In this document: positions 23,996 through 34,861 of the stretch, one piece after another
How the letters are laid out: each line of letters opens with the position of its first letter
How positions within the stretch are numbered: position 1 is the first letter of the stretch
Assembly (NCBI GenBank): GCA_051002645.1
Contig: JBPCMC010000237.1
Span: forward strand, 1-40,098
Direction of reading: 5' to 3'
Length of the DNA: 40,098 nucleotides
Source: Thermomicrobiales bacterium
GTDB lineage: Bacteria; Chloroflexota; Chloroflexia; Thermomicrobiales; JALYUS01
The notes under the pieces: generated by a model
Database searches by the model: none
Seen by the model: only the letters and a program-made list of their open reading frames with translations
Told to the model about the DNA's origin: nothing
Program-made: the position numbers and the translations under genes

Positions 23996-24149
23996 CTTTG
24001 CACAATCCTCGCTGAGAATGCATGTGTACGTCACCATAGACAGGGTGCGTCGTGCAAGCGAGAATGTGCCGTCGTCCCGTGTGCTGCGGGGCGGCGTTGT
24101 GCATCTGGCCGGTCGCTTCGGACGGTGACGGGAGAGGGTTAGGGAAGCA

Positions 24150-25076
24150 ATGGGCCGTTACGCGATTCGTCGCATCTTATTGCTCGTACCGACGTTACTG
24201 GCGGTCTATACCATCTCGTTCCTTCTCATCCACGCGACGCCGGGTGGCCCGTGGGATGGCGGTGACAAGCCGCTGCCGCCGGAGGCGCTCAAAGCACTCA
24301 ATGAGAAGTTCGGCACCGACCAGCCGCTCTGGAAGCAGTACTCAAACTACCTCTGGAATGCCTTGCACGGTGACTTCGGGCTCTCCTTCGCGCAACGGGG
24401 CCGGACGGTCGCGGAAATCTTCCACGACTTCTTCCCGGTCTCGCTCCAACTCGGCCTCGTTGCTATCGTGCTCGCCGCCGCAATGGGCATCGTGGCGGGC
24501 ACCTTCAGCGCGATCAAGCAGAACACCCCGGTCGATTACTTCTGCACCTTCGGCGCAATCATCGGCGTCTCAGCGCCCTCGTATGTGATCGCGTCGCTGC
24601 TCATCCTGCTTTTCGCCAACACCCTGCACCTCGTCCCGACGGGGGGATGGAATGGCATCTTCAGCAAGACGACCTTCGTCCCCGCCTTCGCGCTCGCCCT
24701 CTTCCCCGCCTCGCAGCTTGCCCGCTATACCCGCGCCAGTCTCCTCGATGTGCTGCGGCAGGATTATATCCGCACGTCGCGCGCGAAGGGGCTCAACGAG
24801 CGCGGCGTGATCATCCGGCACGCGCTCCGGAACGCGATGATCCCGGTCGCGACGGTGCTGGCGCTCTCGTTCGCGAACGTCATCACCGGCTCGTTCTTCA
24901 TCGAGACAACCTGCAATGTGCCCGGTATCGGCCGGTACTTCGTCAAGAGCGTCTCCGGGCGCGATTATCCGGTCCTGCTCGGTACCGTCCTGATGTTCGC
25001 CGCGATCATCGCGGTCATGAATCTGATCGTGGACCTCCTCTATGGTGTCCTCGATCCACGCATCGCGTACGAATAG
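24150..25076 (+). CDS. ABC transporter permease, peptide/nickel family (DppB/OppB-like)
   Basis: N-terminus MGRYAIRRILLLVPTLLAVYTISFLLIHATPGGP and EAA-loop region DYIRTSRAKGL.E..VI.RHALRNA. Confidence 0.9.
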   Translation: MGRYAIRRILLLVPTLLAVYTISFLLIHATPGGPWDGGDKPLPPEALKALNEKFGTDQPLWKQYSNYLWNALHGDFGLSFAQRGRTVAEIFHDFFPVSLQLGLVAIVLAAAMGIVAGTFSAIKQNTPVDYFCTFGAIIGVSAPSYVIASLLILLFANTLHLVPTGGWNGIFSKTTFVPAFALALFPASQLARYTRASLLDVLRQDYIRTSRAKGLNERGVIIRHALRNAMIPVATVLALSFANVITGSFFIETTCNVPGIGRYFVKSVSGRDYPVLLGTVLMFAAIIAVMNLIVDLLYGVLDPRIAYE

Positions 25077-25100
25077 TCGAAGCCGGGAGTAAGCGAAGTC

Positions 25101-26075
25101 ATGGCAACGAACACCGCCGCTACGGCAACCCCACTGGCACAGGTCGCGGCGATCGCCGCGCCGAAGAGCGTTTCGATGACGCAGGATGCATGGCGGCGCT
25201 TTGTCCGCAACAAGGCGGCGCTTTCCGGATTGGTCTTTGTGGGCATCGTCATCATCGCGGCGGTTGCCGCCAACTTCGTTGCGCCCTATAACTACGCGAC
25301 GCAGGACATCACCCAGACGACGCTGGGCGTCGGCTCGCCGGGGCACATCCTCGGCACCGACCGGCTCGGGCGGGATATCCTCAGTCGGATCATTTACGGC
25401 ACGCGCATCTCCCTCGCGGTGGGGCTGGTCGTCCCGCTGATGATCGTCCTGATCGGCGTGCCGGTCGGGCTCGTCGCCGGCTACAAAGGCGGCTGGGTGG
25501 ACACCTTCTCGATGCGGGTCGTCGATGTCTTCTATGCGATCCCGAACCTCCTTTTCATCATCATCTTCATGACCTACCTGAAGGCGAAATTTCAGCATGT
25601 CACCGGGGGGTGGCTGCTGCCATTAAAGAATTTCGACGCGGCCACCGGCGGGATGCTCGGTGTCTTCATCGGTCTCGGCCTGCTGTCGTGGCTGACGGTC
25701 TCGCGGCTCGTACGCGGGCAGGTGCTCTCGCTGAAGCGCAAGGAGTTCGTCGAGGCGGCGCACTGCATGGGAGCGGGTAGTGGCCGGATCATCATCCGGC
25801 ACCTCCTGCCGAACACCCTCGCGGTGATTATCGTCGCCGCCACGCTCGGCATCCCCGCCGCCATCCTCGGCGAGGCGGGGATCAGTTTCCTCGGCCTCGG
25901 CATCAACCCGCCGGTGCCGTCGTGGGGTCTGATGATCTCGGAGGGGATCGCGGACCTGCGCTCCTATCCATATATGCTCATTTCGCCGGCGGTGGTGTTG
26001 TCGCTCACGGTGCTCTCGTTCAACTTCATTGGGGATGGTCTGCGGGACGCCTTCGACCCGTGGATGAAGAAATAG
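25101..26075 (+). CDS. ABC transporter permease, peptide/nickel family (DppC/OppC-like)
   Basis: HILGTDRLGRDILSRIIYGTRISL and KEFVEAAHCMGAGSGRIIIRHLLPN are typical OppC/DppC signatures. Confidence 0.9.
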   Translation: MATNTAATATPLAQVAAIAAPKSVSMTQDAWRRFVRNKAALSGLVFVGIVIIAAVAANFVAPYNYATQDITQTTLGVGSPGHILGTDRLGRDILSRIIYGTRISLAVGLVVPLMIVLIGVPVGLVAGYKGGWVDTFSMRVVDVFYAIPNLLFIIIFMTYLKAKFQHVTGGWLLPLKNFDAATGGMLGVFIGLGLLSWLTVSRLVRGQVLSLKRKEFVEAAHCMGAGSGRIIIRHLLPNTLAVIIVAATLGIPAAILGEAGISFLGLGINPPVPSWGLMISEGIADLRSYPYMLISPAVVLSLTVLSFNFIGDGLRDAFDPWMKK

Positions 26076-26133
26076 GGCATCCCGCCCGCGTGTGGACGTT
26101 GGGGATGAATGGTCGTGGTATAGGAGGTTTGAC

Positions 26134-27981
26134 GTGGAAGACGGTACGAAACTAACGGCGCGCGCATACTCGCGGCGCAAATTCCTCGCCTTATCGGCGG
26201 CGGGGACGGCAGCGGCGGCGCTCGCCGCCTGCGGTGGCACGACGGCTGCGCCCACCGCGACGACTACGGCGGCAACCAAGCCCGCCGCCTCAGCCGCCGC
26301 TGCAGCAACGACGGGACCGGCGCCGACGGCGACGAACGTGCCGCAGACGCTCGGTGTGACCGCAGCGGCCGGCTCGCCAGCGGCCGGGACGGCGGGCACG
26401 GCCCCGGCCAGTTCCGCAGTTGCGGCGGCCCCGCAGGCGACGAAGCCCGCGAACCTCGCGGATAAGCAGATCTTCCGTTATGTGGATCTCGAGCCGCCGA
26501 CCTTCGATCCGCAGGTCGGCTCCAGCCCGTACAACATGCCGCAGATGTTCGAAGGTCTGGTGGTGGTCAACTGGACAAACAACCAGATCGAGCCCGCGCA
26601 CGCCATCTCCTATGAGGCGAACTCGGATGCCACCGTCTGGACATTCAAGTTGCGCCCCGGCCTCAAGTGGTCGGACGGCACGCCGCTCACCGCGAAGGAC
26701 TTCGAGTACTCGGTCAAGCGTATCTCGGACCCGAAGGTCGCGTCCAAGTACACCGCTGCGGCTGAGAGCATCAAGAACGGGACAGAGATCGCGGCAGGGA
26801 AGGCCGATCCCTCGACACTCGGCGTCAAAGCGGTCGACGATGCGACCGTGCAATTCACGCTCGTCGCGCCGACACCCTTCTTCCCGCTGCTCGCCTCGAC
26901 ATGGTCCTACTACGCGGTGCCGAAGCAGGTCATCGACAAGTTCGGTGACAAGTGGCTCGAGGCGGGTAACGCGATGGGCAGCGGGCCGTATCTTCAAAAG
27001 GAATGGAAGCACGATCAACTCCAGGCATTCGAAATCAACCCGAATTACTGGGGAGCGAAGCCGATCATCACGCGCGTCGAGTGCCACATCTACCCGGATG
27101 CATCCTATCTGGCGCAAGGGCTCGCGGCGTACGAAAACGACGAGGTTGACACCGCGCAGGTGCAAGCGTCCGATTATGACCGTGCTCTCAAGGATGCCAA
27201 ACTCTCCAAGGAGATGAAGGGCTTCCCCGGCTCCAGCACCTATATGTTGCACTGGGACACCACGAGCAAGCCGACCAGTGATGTAAAGGTGCGCCAGGCG
27301 CTCGCACTGGGCTTCGATCGCCAGTCGCTCATCGATGTCGTGCTGAAGAAGTACTACATCGATGCACCGACCGTCCTGCCGCCGGATATCGCCGGCTACA
27401 ATCCGGGGGCCGCGCTGACTGGTGGTGTCGACAAGGCGAAGCAATTGATGGCGGACGCTGGATTCGCCGGTGGACAGGGCTGGCCGAGCGACTTCACCAT
27501 CGTCTATTCGGCGAGTGCGACAACCAAGCTCGTGCTCGAATACCTACAGGCGCAGTGGAAGCAAAATCTCGGCATCAACGTAGCGCTCGACAGCCGCGAG
27601 TCGAAGGCGTATGTCGATTGGCGTGTCTCGCGCAAGACACAACCCTACACCGGTGGTCACTTCGGCCAGTGGGGTTCGGACTACGGCGACCCCTTCAACT
27701 GGCACAACTTCCTCTTCGCCAGCGGGACGGACTTCTACAACACCCACTGGAAGAATGACCAGTTCGACACCATCGTCGCCGCCGCGAAGGGCATGACGGA
27801 CAAGGACGCCCGCACCAAGCAGTACCAGATGGCGGAGCAAATCCTCGTGACCGAGCAGCCGCATTTGCCGCTTTATCACGGGCAGTCGTTCTTCGTCATC
27901 AAGCCGAACTTGCAGGGCATCTACCACCCGGCCATCCTCGGCACCGTACCGCGCGGGAAGTACGCCTACTTCACCAAGTAA
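26134..27981 (+). CDS. Peptide ABC transporter substrate-binding lipoprotein (SBP family 5) with Tat-type signal
   Basis: In-frame GTG at 26134, 6 nt after AGGAGG (26122-26127). SRRKFLALSAAGTAAAALAACGG combines a twin-arginine motif with a lipobox. An Ala/Thr-rich linker precedes the SBP_bac_5-like body (WSDGTPLTAKDFEYS..). Confidence 0.85.
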   Translation: MEDGTKLTARAYSRRKFLALSAAGTAAAALAACGGTTAAPTATTTAATKPAASAAAAATTGPAPTATNVPQTLGVTAAAGSPAAGTAGTAPASSAVAAAPQATKPANLADKQIFRYVDLEPPTFDPQVGSSPYNMPQMFEGLVVVNWTNNQIEPAHAISYEANSDATVWTFKLRPGLKWSDGTPLTAKDFEYSVKRISDPKVASKYTAAAESIKNGTEIAAGKADPSTLGVKAVDDATVQFTLVAPTPFFPLLASTWSYYAVPKQVIDKFGDKWLEAGNAMGSGPYLQKEWKHDQLQAFEINPNYWGAKPIITRVECHIYPDASYLAQGLAAYENDEVDTAQVQASDYDRALKDAKLSKEMKGFPGSSTYMLHWDTTSKPTSDVKVRQALALGFDRQSLIDVVLKKYYIDAPTVLPPDIAGYNPGAALTGGVDKAKQLMADAGFAGGQGWPSDFTIVYSASATTKLVLEYLQAQWKQNLGINVALDSRESKAYVDWRVSRKTQPYTGGHFGQWGSDYGDPFNWHNFLFASGTDFYNTHWKNDQFDTIVAAAKGMTDKDARTKQYQMAEQILVTEQPHLPLYHGQSFFVIKPNLQGIYHPAILGTVPRGKYAYFTK

Positions 27982-28027
27982 GCGGCGGAAACCGGGGACG
28001 AACCGCATGCTGCCCAGAGGGCGCCCG

Positions 28028-28115
28028 GCAGAGGACGCAGAGAGGGAGACGGGAGAGAAAGACTCCTGTTTCCCTCTTCTCTTTCTTCTCTGCGTCCTCT
28101 GCGTCTCTGCGGTTC
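28028..28115. repeat. Hairpin element of the CAGAGA/TCTGCG family
   Basis: GCAGAGGACGCAGAGA (28028-28043) is the exact reverse complement of 28087-28102. The inner purine tract GGGAGACGGGAGAGAAAGA faces the pyrimidine tract TTTCCCTCTTCTCTTTCT. The 19-mer CTCTGCGTCTCTGCGGTTC (28097-28115) is identical to 1508-1526. Confidence 0.85.
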
Positions 28116-28141
28116 AATTGGTTTCGGTTTCCGGCTATACT
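28113..28141 (+). promoter_or_regulatory. Candidate promoter (TTCAAT-17 nt-TATACT) upstream of the class III aminotransferase
   Basis: The -10 TATACT at 28136-28141 is strong. The -35 TTCAAT at 28113-28118 is weak. It lies about 45 nt upstream of the ATG at 28185. Confidence 0.3.
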
Positions 28142-28184
28142 GGCCCCGCGATCCGAAGAGTAGATAGAGGAGAGGGGGCGCGGG

Positions 28185-29516
28185 ATGGCAGCGATTGAGC
28201 AGCGTCGGGATGCGTTCCGGGCGATGTCGTCCCGGTCGGCGGAGTTGGCGGCGCGGGCACGCAAGGTGATGCCGGGCGGCAACACGCGCACGACAGTCTA
28301 TCAGTCGCCGCATCCGCCCTATGTCGCGTATGGCAGGGGCGCGACCATCGTCGATGTCGAGGGGGACGAACGACTCGACTTCATCAACAACTACACCTCG
28401 CTGATCCACGGCCACGCCGACCCGGAGATCAACGCGGCGGTGATCGCACAGTTGCAGTACGGCACCTCCTACGCCATGCCGACCACGCACGAGGTCGCGC
28501 TGGCGGAACTGATCGTCGATCGCATCCCCTCGGTGGAGCAACTGCGCTTCACGAACTCCGGCACTGAGGCGGTGATGATGGCGATTAAGGGGGCGCGCGC
28601 CTTCACCGGCCGCCCGAAGATCGTCAAATTCGAGGGATGCTACCACGGCTCCTACGACTTCGCCGAGATCAGCCAGGTGACGCCCGAATCGCGCTGGGAG
28701 GAGATGGACACTCCCTCCACCGCGACCGCCTTCGGCACGCCCGATGGCGTGATGGAGAACGTGCTCGTCGCGCGCTACAACGACATCGCGGACGCGACGC
28801 GGGTCATCGAGCGTCACCACAGCGAGATCGCCGCCGTACTCGTCGATCCGATGCCCTCGCGCGTCGGCAACGTCCCGGCGACGCATGAATTCCTTGCCGC
28901 CCTACGGGAGATGACGAAGACTTACGGCATCGTGCTGATCTTCGATGAGGTAATCACCTTGCGCGTCGCGTACGGCGGCATGCAGTCGGTCGTCGGCGTG
29001 ACGCCGGACATGACGACGATGGCGAAGATCATCGGCGGCGGCTTCCCGGTCGGCGCGCTCGGCGGCGCGGCGGAGATCATGGCCGTCTTCGACCCGTCGC
29101 GCGGCGCGAAGGTGCCCCACGGCGGCACCTTCAACGCGAACCCGATCACCTCCGTCGCTGGCCTCACCGCAATGGAGAAGATGACGCCCGAGGAGTTCGA
29201 CCGCATCAACGCGCTCGGTGAGCGCTTGCGCGAGGGGCTGGCGGAGGCGATGGACGGCGCGCGGGTACCCGGTCAAGTGACGGGCGCGGGCTCCGTCTTT
29301 AACCTGCATCTGCACCCGCGCCCGCTGACCGACTACCGCAGCACCACCCTCACCCCGGCGGAGAAGGAGCGCACCGCAGCCGTCTACCAGTCCCTGCTCG
29401 CGCACGGCATCTTCCTCTCGCCGAGCATGATGGGCTGCGTCTCCACCCCAATGGGCGAGCCGGAAATCGATACCTGCGTGGACGCCTTCGCCGCTGCGCT
29501 GCACGAAACCGCATAG
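28185..29516 (+). CDS. Class III PLP aminotransferase, glutamate-1-semialdehyde aminomutase-like paralogue
   Basis: FTNSGTEAVMMAIKGARAFTGR, FDEVIT and the PLP-Lys context TMAKIIGGGFPVGA resemble HemL. The N-terminal PGGNTRTT differs from the canonical HemL PGGVNSPVR, so I do not call it hemL. Confidence 0.8.
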   Translation: MAAIEQRRDAFRAMSSRSAELAARARKVMPGGNTRTTVYQSPHPPYVAYGRGATIVDVEGDERLDFINNYTSLIHGHADPEINAAVIAQLQYGTSYAMPTTHEVALAELIVDRIPSVEQLRFTNSGTEAVMMAIKGARAFTGRPKIVKFEGCYHGSYDFAEISQVTPESRWEEMDTPSTATAFGTPDGVMENVLVARYNDIADATRVIERHHSEIAAVLVDPMPSRVGNVPATHEFLAALREMTKTYGIVLIFDEVITLRVAYGGMQSVVGVTPDMTTMAKIIGGGFPVGALGGAAEIMAVFDPSRGAKVPHGGTFNANPITSVAGLTAMEKMTPEEFDRINALGERLREGLAEAMDGARVPGQVTGAGSVFNLHLHPRPLTDYRSTTLTPAEKERTAAVYQSLLAHGIFLSPSMMGCVSTPMGEPEIDTCVDAFAAALHETA

Positions 29517-29623
29517 CCGCAACGACTATCCGCAGTTGCGTCATTTCGTAGGGGGGGGTGGCGAACAGCCAGGAACTCGTGCCTGACCAGGATTCCCATT
29601 TCGATACGACATCAGCAATCGCC

Positions 29624-29640
29624 ATTACCTCCGAGGTAAT
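29624..29640. promoter_or_regulatory. 17-bp perfect dyad ATTACCTC-C-GAGGTAAT (candidate operator)
   Basis: 8+1+8 palindrome in the 221-nt intergenic region, about 100 nt upstream of the small membrane-protein gene. Confidence 0.3.
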
Positions 29641-29737
29641 CGCCACGGTGCGGTCGCGTCGCTAGTATGGTCATGTAGCCCTGATCGTGACAGGGTTTGG
29701 CCAGGCAAGCGGCCGATGCATGATAGGAGGAACAGCG

Positions 29738-30073
29738 ATGGAGACGCTTTATCATCTCTCGTGGCGAGAATATCCCGCGTTGGCGCTCGCGGTCCTCGGG
29801 GTTATATTCGCGGCGTACGCTGTGCGGGGCGAGCGGGAGGCAATACAACGATACCGATTCGGCACCGACCAGCGGCTACTCACGCTATTGCGCGATTTCC
29901 GGCGCGCGGTGATCGGGCTTGGACTCGGAGGTATCGCCGCCGGGTGGTATTGGCATGTGCCCGCGCTCCTCGCAATCGCCATCCTCGTCGGCGCGGGGGA
30001 GACATTCGAGACCACCAACGACATTAGTGCCATCGAGCAGGCGCTGCGATTGTCACACGCGCGCGGACGTTGA
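29738..30073 (+). CDS. Hypothetical small membrane protein (2 predicted TM helices)
   Basis: ATG at 29738, 6 nt after AGGAGG. Hydrophobic segments are PALALAVLGVIFAAYAV and VPALLAIAILVGAG. I recognise no family. Confidence 0.45.
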   Translation: METLYHLSWREYPALALAVLGVIFAAYAVRGEREAIQRYRFGTDQRLLTLLRDFRRAVIGLGLGGIAAGWYWHVPALLAIAILVGAGETFETTNDISAIEQALRLSHARGR

Positions 30074-30099
30074 GCGCATTACGTCAGCGCGTCAGATTA

Positions 30100-30135
30100 A
30101 TCGGGTGGACGGTGCTTGCGCGCTGTCCACCCGAT
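30100..30135. terminator. Stem-loop between convergent genes (11-bp perfect stem)
   Basis: ATCGGGTGGAC (30100-30110) and GTCCACCCGAT (30125-30135) with a 14-nt loop. It lies between the stops at 30073 (+) and 30204 (-). Confidence 0.5.
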
Positions 30136-30203
30136 ATTGATTGCGTAGTCACCCAATGCCAATCTCGCGGAGGAGGCGCCAGGGCCGATCTGGCAGTAGA
30201 TCG

Positions 30204-30446
30204 TTATGCAGATACAGCGTGCCTTCCCGCGCGGGCGAGACGGGCGAGGTCCGCACCTATCGCGACCGTCTCCGTTTCGTCGCCATTCGGCAGGGCACGG
30301 AGAAGCGACCATGACGCGACCGCCGCATCGCCACGCCGCTCCACCGTCGTCGCGACGAATGCGAGCGCTTCGGGGAGGTCGTCATATTCGATGATCGGGT
30401 ATGCAGCGTCGCTATCCCAGATTTCGTAAATCGGCTTCATGGTCAT
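30204..30446 (-). CDS. Hypothetical small acidic protein
   Basis: 78-80 aa and Asp/Glu-rich (YEIWDSDAAYPIIEYDDLPEALAFV). It starts 3 nt after the upstream gene's stop. The second ATG at 30440 has the better spacing to GAAGGA. I recognise no family. Confidence 0.5.
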   Translation of the reverse strand: MTMKPIYEIWDSDAAYPIIEYDDLPEALAFVATTVERRGDAAVASWSLLRALPNGDETETVAIGADLARLARAGRHAVSA

Positions 30447-30449
30447 CCT

Positions 30450-30815
30450 TCATAGCGGGAGTATCCGTACAACGCACTCATGCAGTATCTGTGGTTCGCC
30501 AAAGACGGTGAAATGTCCGACTTGTTTGCCGGTGCGTTCGATCCGAATAGCAATCCCGTCCGTCGCCAGATCGAGTGCTGCGAGGAACTGCCACCGGCCT
30601 CGATTCACGCGGGGCCGTGTTCCCATTGACCGCGCGATGTCCTCCGTCGCCCATGCCGAGATGCCTTGTGACCGATAAGTCGCGACCGGGTTGTCATAGA
30701 TCGCCCCTTGCGCGGCGAGGGAGCGAAACTGATCGGGCGAGGGCAGATTGCTGGAAAGGAAATACCATAACCGGATTATTCTGCCCGCATCCTCCATATC
30801 ATACACCCGTGTCAA
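30450..30815 (-). CDS. Hypothetical small basic protein
   Basis: 121 aa from TTG 30815 (GGAAAGAGGA immediately upstream) or 115 aa from ATG 30797. Arg-rich. The pattern P.P.QF.S......GISAW.T.E.A......G....L.......I.RT....GHFT..G.P..L resembles uncharacterised proteins I recall from other high-GC bacteria. I cannot name a family. Confidence 0.5.
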   Translation of the reverse strand: MTRVYDMEDAGRIIRLWYFLSSNLPSPDQFRSLAAQGAIYDNPVATYRSQGISAWATEDIARSMGTRPRVNRGRWQFLAALDLATDGIAIRIERTGKQVGHFTVFGEPQILHECVVRILPL

Positions 30816-30847
30816 TCCTCTTTCCTGTTGATCCGCTGGTCCGCGAT

Positions 30848-31735
30848 CTATCCGATGCCGATCTCGCGGAGGTAGGCACGGGAGCGTTTAGCGATGGGGA
30901 GGGGCTTCTCGAAGGGGGCGGGGTACATATCCTGCTCGACGACGGCGAGGCCGGTGTAGTCGATGTCGCGCAGCACGTCGCGGAAGGCGAGGAAGTCCAC
31001 CGCGCCCTCGGAGGGCTCGCAGAACATATCGCTGCCGACGGCGATGGCGAAGGGGATGTTCTCCGCTTCGACCTTCGCGATCATCTCCGGGCGGACGCTC
31101 TTCAGGTGCAGGTAGGGGATGCGCGCGTGGTGTGTGCGCATGAAGGCGACAGGGTCGCCGCCCCGGTAGGCGTGGTGGCCGGTGTCGAAGCAGAGGCCGA
31201 CGCGCTCCGGATCGGTGTCGGCGAGCAGGCGCTCGATCTGATCCTCGTATTCGACGTGGGTCTCGGCGTGCGGGTGGAAGGCGAGGCGGAGGCCGAAGTG
31301 ATCGCGGGCGATGTCGGCGGCGCGGTGCGTTGTCCGGATAAGCCGCTCCCATGCCTCATCATCCAGTCGCTTCGGTGCGATCAGTTCCCCGGTGAAGAGA
31401 TTGGTGTACGGGTCGTCGATCAAGACGATGAACTCGCCACCGAGCGCCTGGGCGAGCGCCCCGCCGCCGCGCACTTGTCGCTCCACCTCCGGCCAGCTCT
31501 CCGGGGCGTCCAGGTCGGCGATCACCGTCGCGCCGGTGATGCGCAGGTTCCGCTTCGCCAGTTCGGCGCGCAGGGTCTCCGGGTCGGTCGGCAAATAGCC
31601 ATACGGCCCGAGCTCCGTCCACTCGTAACCCGCCTCCGCAACCTCATCGAGGAAGCGATGCCACGGCGTCTGCCGCTCGTCGCTCGGAAACCAGACCCCC
31701 CATGAATCCGGCGCACTGCCAATCGTTACGTCCAT
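30848..31735 (-). CDS. iolE: Xylose-isomerase-like TIM-barrel protein, inosose dehydratase (IolE)-like
   Basis: ATG at 31735 (MDVTIGSAPDSWGVW) after AAGGGAGAG. LLADTDPERVGLCFDTGH and AVVEQD match the IolE/AP-endonuclease-2 TIM-barrel pattern. It lies immediately downstream of iolD. Confidence 0.7.
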   Translation of the reverse strand: MDVTIGSAPDSWGVWFPSDERQTPWHRFLDEVAEAGYEWTELGPYGYLPTDPETLRAELAKRNLRITGATVIADLDAPESWPEVERQVRGGGALAQALGGEFIVLIDDPYTNLFTGELIAPKRLDDEAWERLIRTTHRAADIARDHFGLRLAFHPHAETHVEYEDQIERLLADTDPERVGLCFDTGHHAYRGGDPVAFMRTHHARIPYLHLKSVRPEMIAKVEAENIPFAIAVGSDMFCEPSEGAVDFLAFRDVLRDIDYTGLAVVEQDMYPAPFEKPLPIAKRSRAYLREIGIG

Positions 31736-31755
31736 GAATCTCTCCCTTCGGTCGA

Positions 31756-31833
31756 GAGCAATGAGTGATGAGCAATGAGCAATAAGGCCGGGAGCGTTCC
31801 CTCCCTCATTGCTCATTGCTCATTGCTCATTGC

Positions 31834-31835
<2 letters not shown>
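31756..31835. repeat. Hairpin whose stem is a tandem heptamer (CATTGCT x4 / GAGCAAT x4)
   Basis: The 28-nt arms 31756-31783 and 31808-31835 pair at 26/28 positions, with a 24-nt loop. The outer arm ends on the iolD stop codon (31834-31836). The element fills the iolD-iolE spacer. Confidence 0.85.
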
Positions 31836-33705
<1,870 letters not shown>

Positions 33706-33733
33706 CTATGGACGCTTCCTTTCGTTTCAAGAC

Positions 33734-34861
33734 CTACGTTTCCAGCAGATTGGCACAATCGAGGTCGCGGTATGCGCCAGTCAGGCATTGCATTTTCGGC
33801 CACCAATAGGCTCGCCGCGAGCCGTTCACTTGATCCCAGAGCGGGAAGAATATCATATGGATTATCATGAGCCGGTAATCCGCGATCAGTTCATCCCAAT
33901 CGTAATCGACACCGTGCGCCTGAAGTGCATGGTGGTAGCGGCGGAGCAATCGGCTTTCCCGCTCCGCTCGTTGTGCAGGCGTCCAGAAGGTGGCGAAGAG
34001 ATAGACCAGATCGAGCGCGGCGAGATCGGTATTCGGGTTCTGGAAGTCGATGATAAAGGTTCTCCCTGCCGAGTCTCGCGGGCAGAGGAATTGCGCGAAA
34101 TAGGAGTCCTCGTTACTCAGTGTCTGATTCCGACGACTGGCGATGCGTTCTCCCAGATAGCGATCCCATAATCGTGGCAATTGGGAAAGGGCATGTTCGT
34201 AGAGGGCGCGGAGATCGTCGGGGAACGTCGCGCCCTCCGCCGCGATGAATCGCTCCCAGTTGGCAGTGGCGTCGCGAATGAAGGTATCGTAGGCGGCACG
34301 GTCGCGGTACCAGCCATGCATAGGCAACGCCGCCTGGCCGAGGAGCGGATGCTCCCACCAATAGGCGTGGAACTGTGCGAGGGCGTCAATTACCCCGTAG
34401 ACGTGATCCTCTGACGGCACGCCATCGAGCGCCAGCACCTGCTCGCGGCTAATTGGTGTGACATGGGTTTCGGAGAGATCAGCAAGGAGGAGATACGACA
34501 CGCCATGTGCCGCGTCGAACGCCGCACCGTAACAACGCACGAGCATCGGGAGACTATCGGCGAAGGACATAACCAACTGGTAGAACGCCACTTCACGCGC
34601 GGCATCGCGGACCGCCCATGCCGCGCTCAGGTTTCGCTTGAGCAGCAATCGCCGTGGCGTATCGGCGGGCGCATCCGGCGAATAGGCTACGGTCAGATGA
34701 GTGATGATCGAATTGAATGCCTCCGCATTCGGTCGCTCGGTGACAGAGGAGACCTGTCCGGTCGGCAATGCGTCCGCCGCTCGGAGGTCGGTAGTGAGCC
34801 ATAACGCCGTAACCAGATCGTCGCCCGCGATCATTGCGGCTGCGGCATTATGCGGGGGCAA
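33734..34861 (-). CDS. Phosphotransferase-family kinase-like protein (APH / ecdysteroid-kinase-like fold)
   Basis: YLLLADLSETH, then FIIDFQN (catalytic-loop-like) and AALDLVYLF. The ATG at 34861 overlaps the upstream gene by 14 nt. An alternative ATG is at 34834. Confidence 0.65.
   Translation of the reverse strand: MPPHNAAAAMIAGDDLVTALWLTTDLRAADALPTGQVSSVTERPNAEAFNSIITHLTVAYSPDAPADTPRRLLLKRNLSAAWAVRDAAREVAFYQLVMSFADSLPMLVRCYGAAFDAAHGVSYLLLADLSETHVTPISREQVLALDGVPSEDHVYGVIDALAQFHAYWWEHPLLGQAALPMHGWYRDRAAYDTFIRDATANWERFIAAEGATFPDDLRALYEHALSQLPRLWDRYLGERIASRRNQTLSNEDSYFAQFLCPRDSAGRTFIIDFQNPNTDLAALDLVYLFATFWTPAQRAERESRLLRRYHHALQAHGVDYDWDELIADYRLMIIHMIFFPLWDQVNGSRRAYWWPKMQCLTGAYRDLDCANLLET

Noticed and set aside
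28185-29516. Calling the class III aminotransferase hemL (a tetrapyrrole biosynthesis gene).
   Set aside because: The PLP-lysine region is HemL-like, but the N-terminal substrate-loop motif (PGGNTRTT) departs from the canonical HemL sequence. The genomic context is a peptide transporter with no hem genes. I therefore give only a family-level call.
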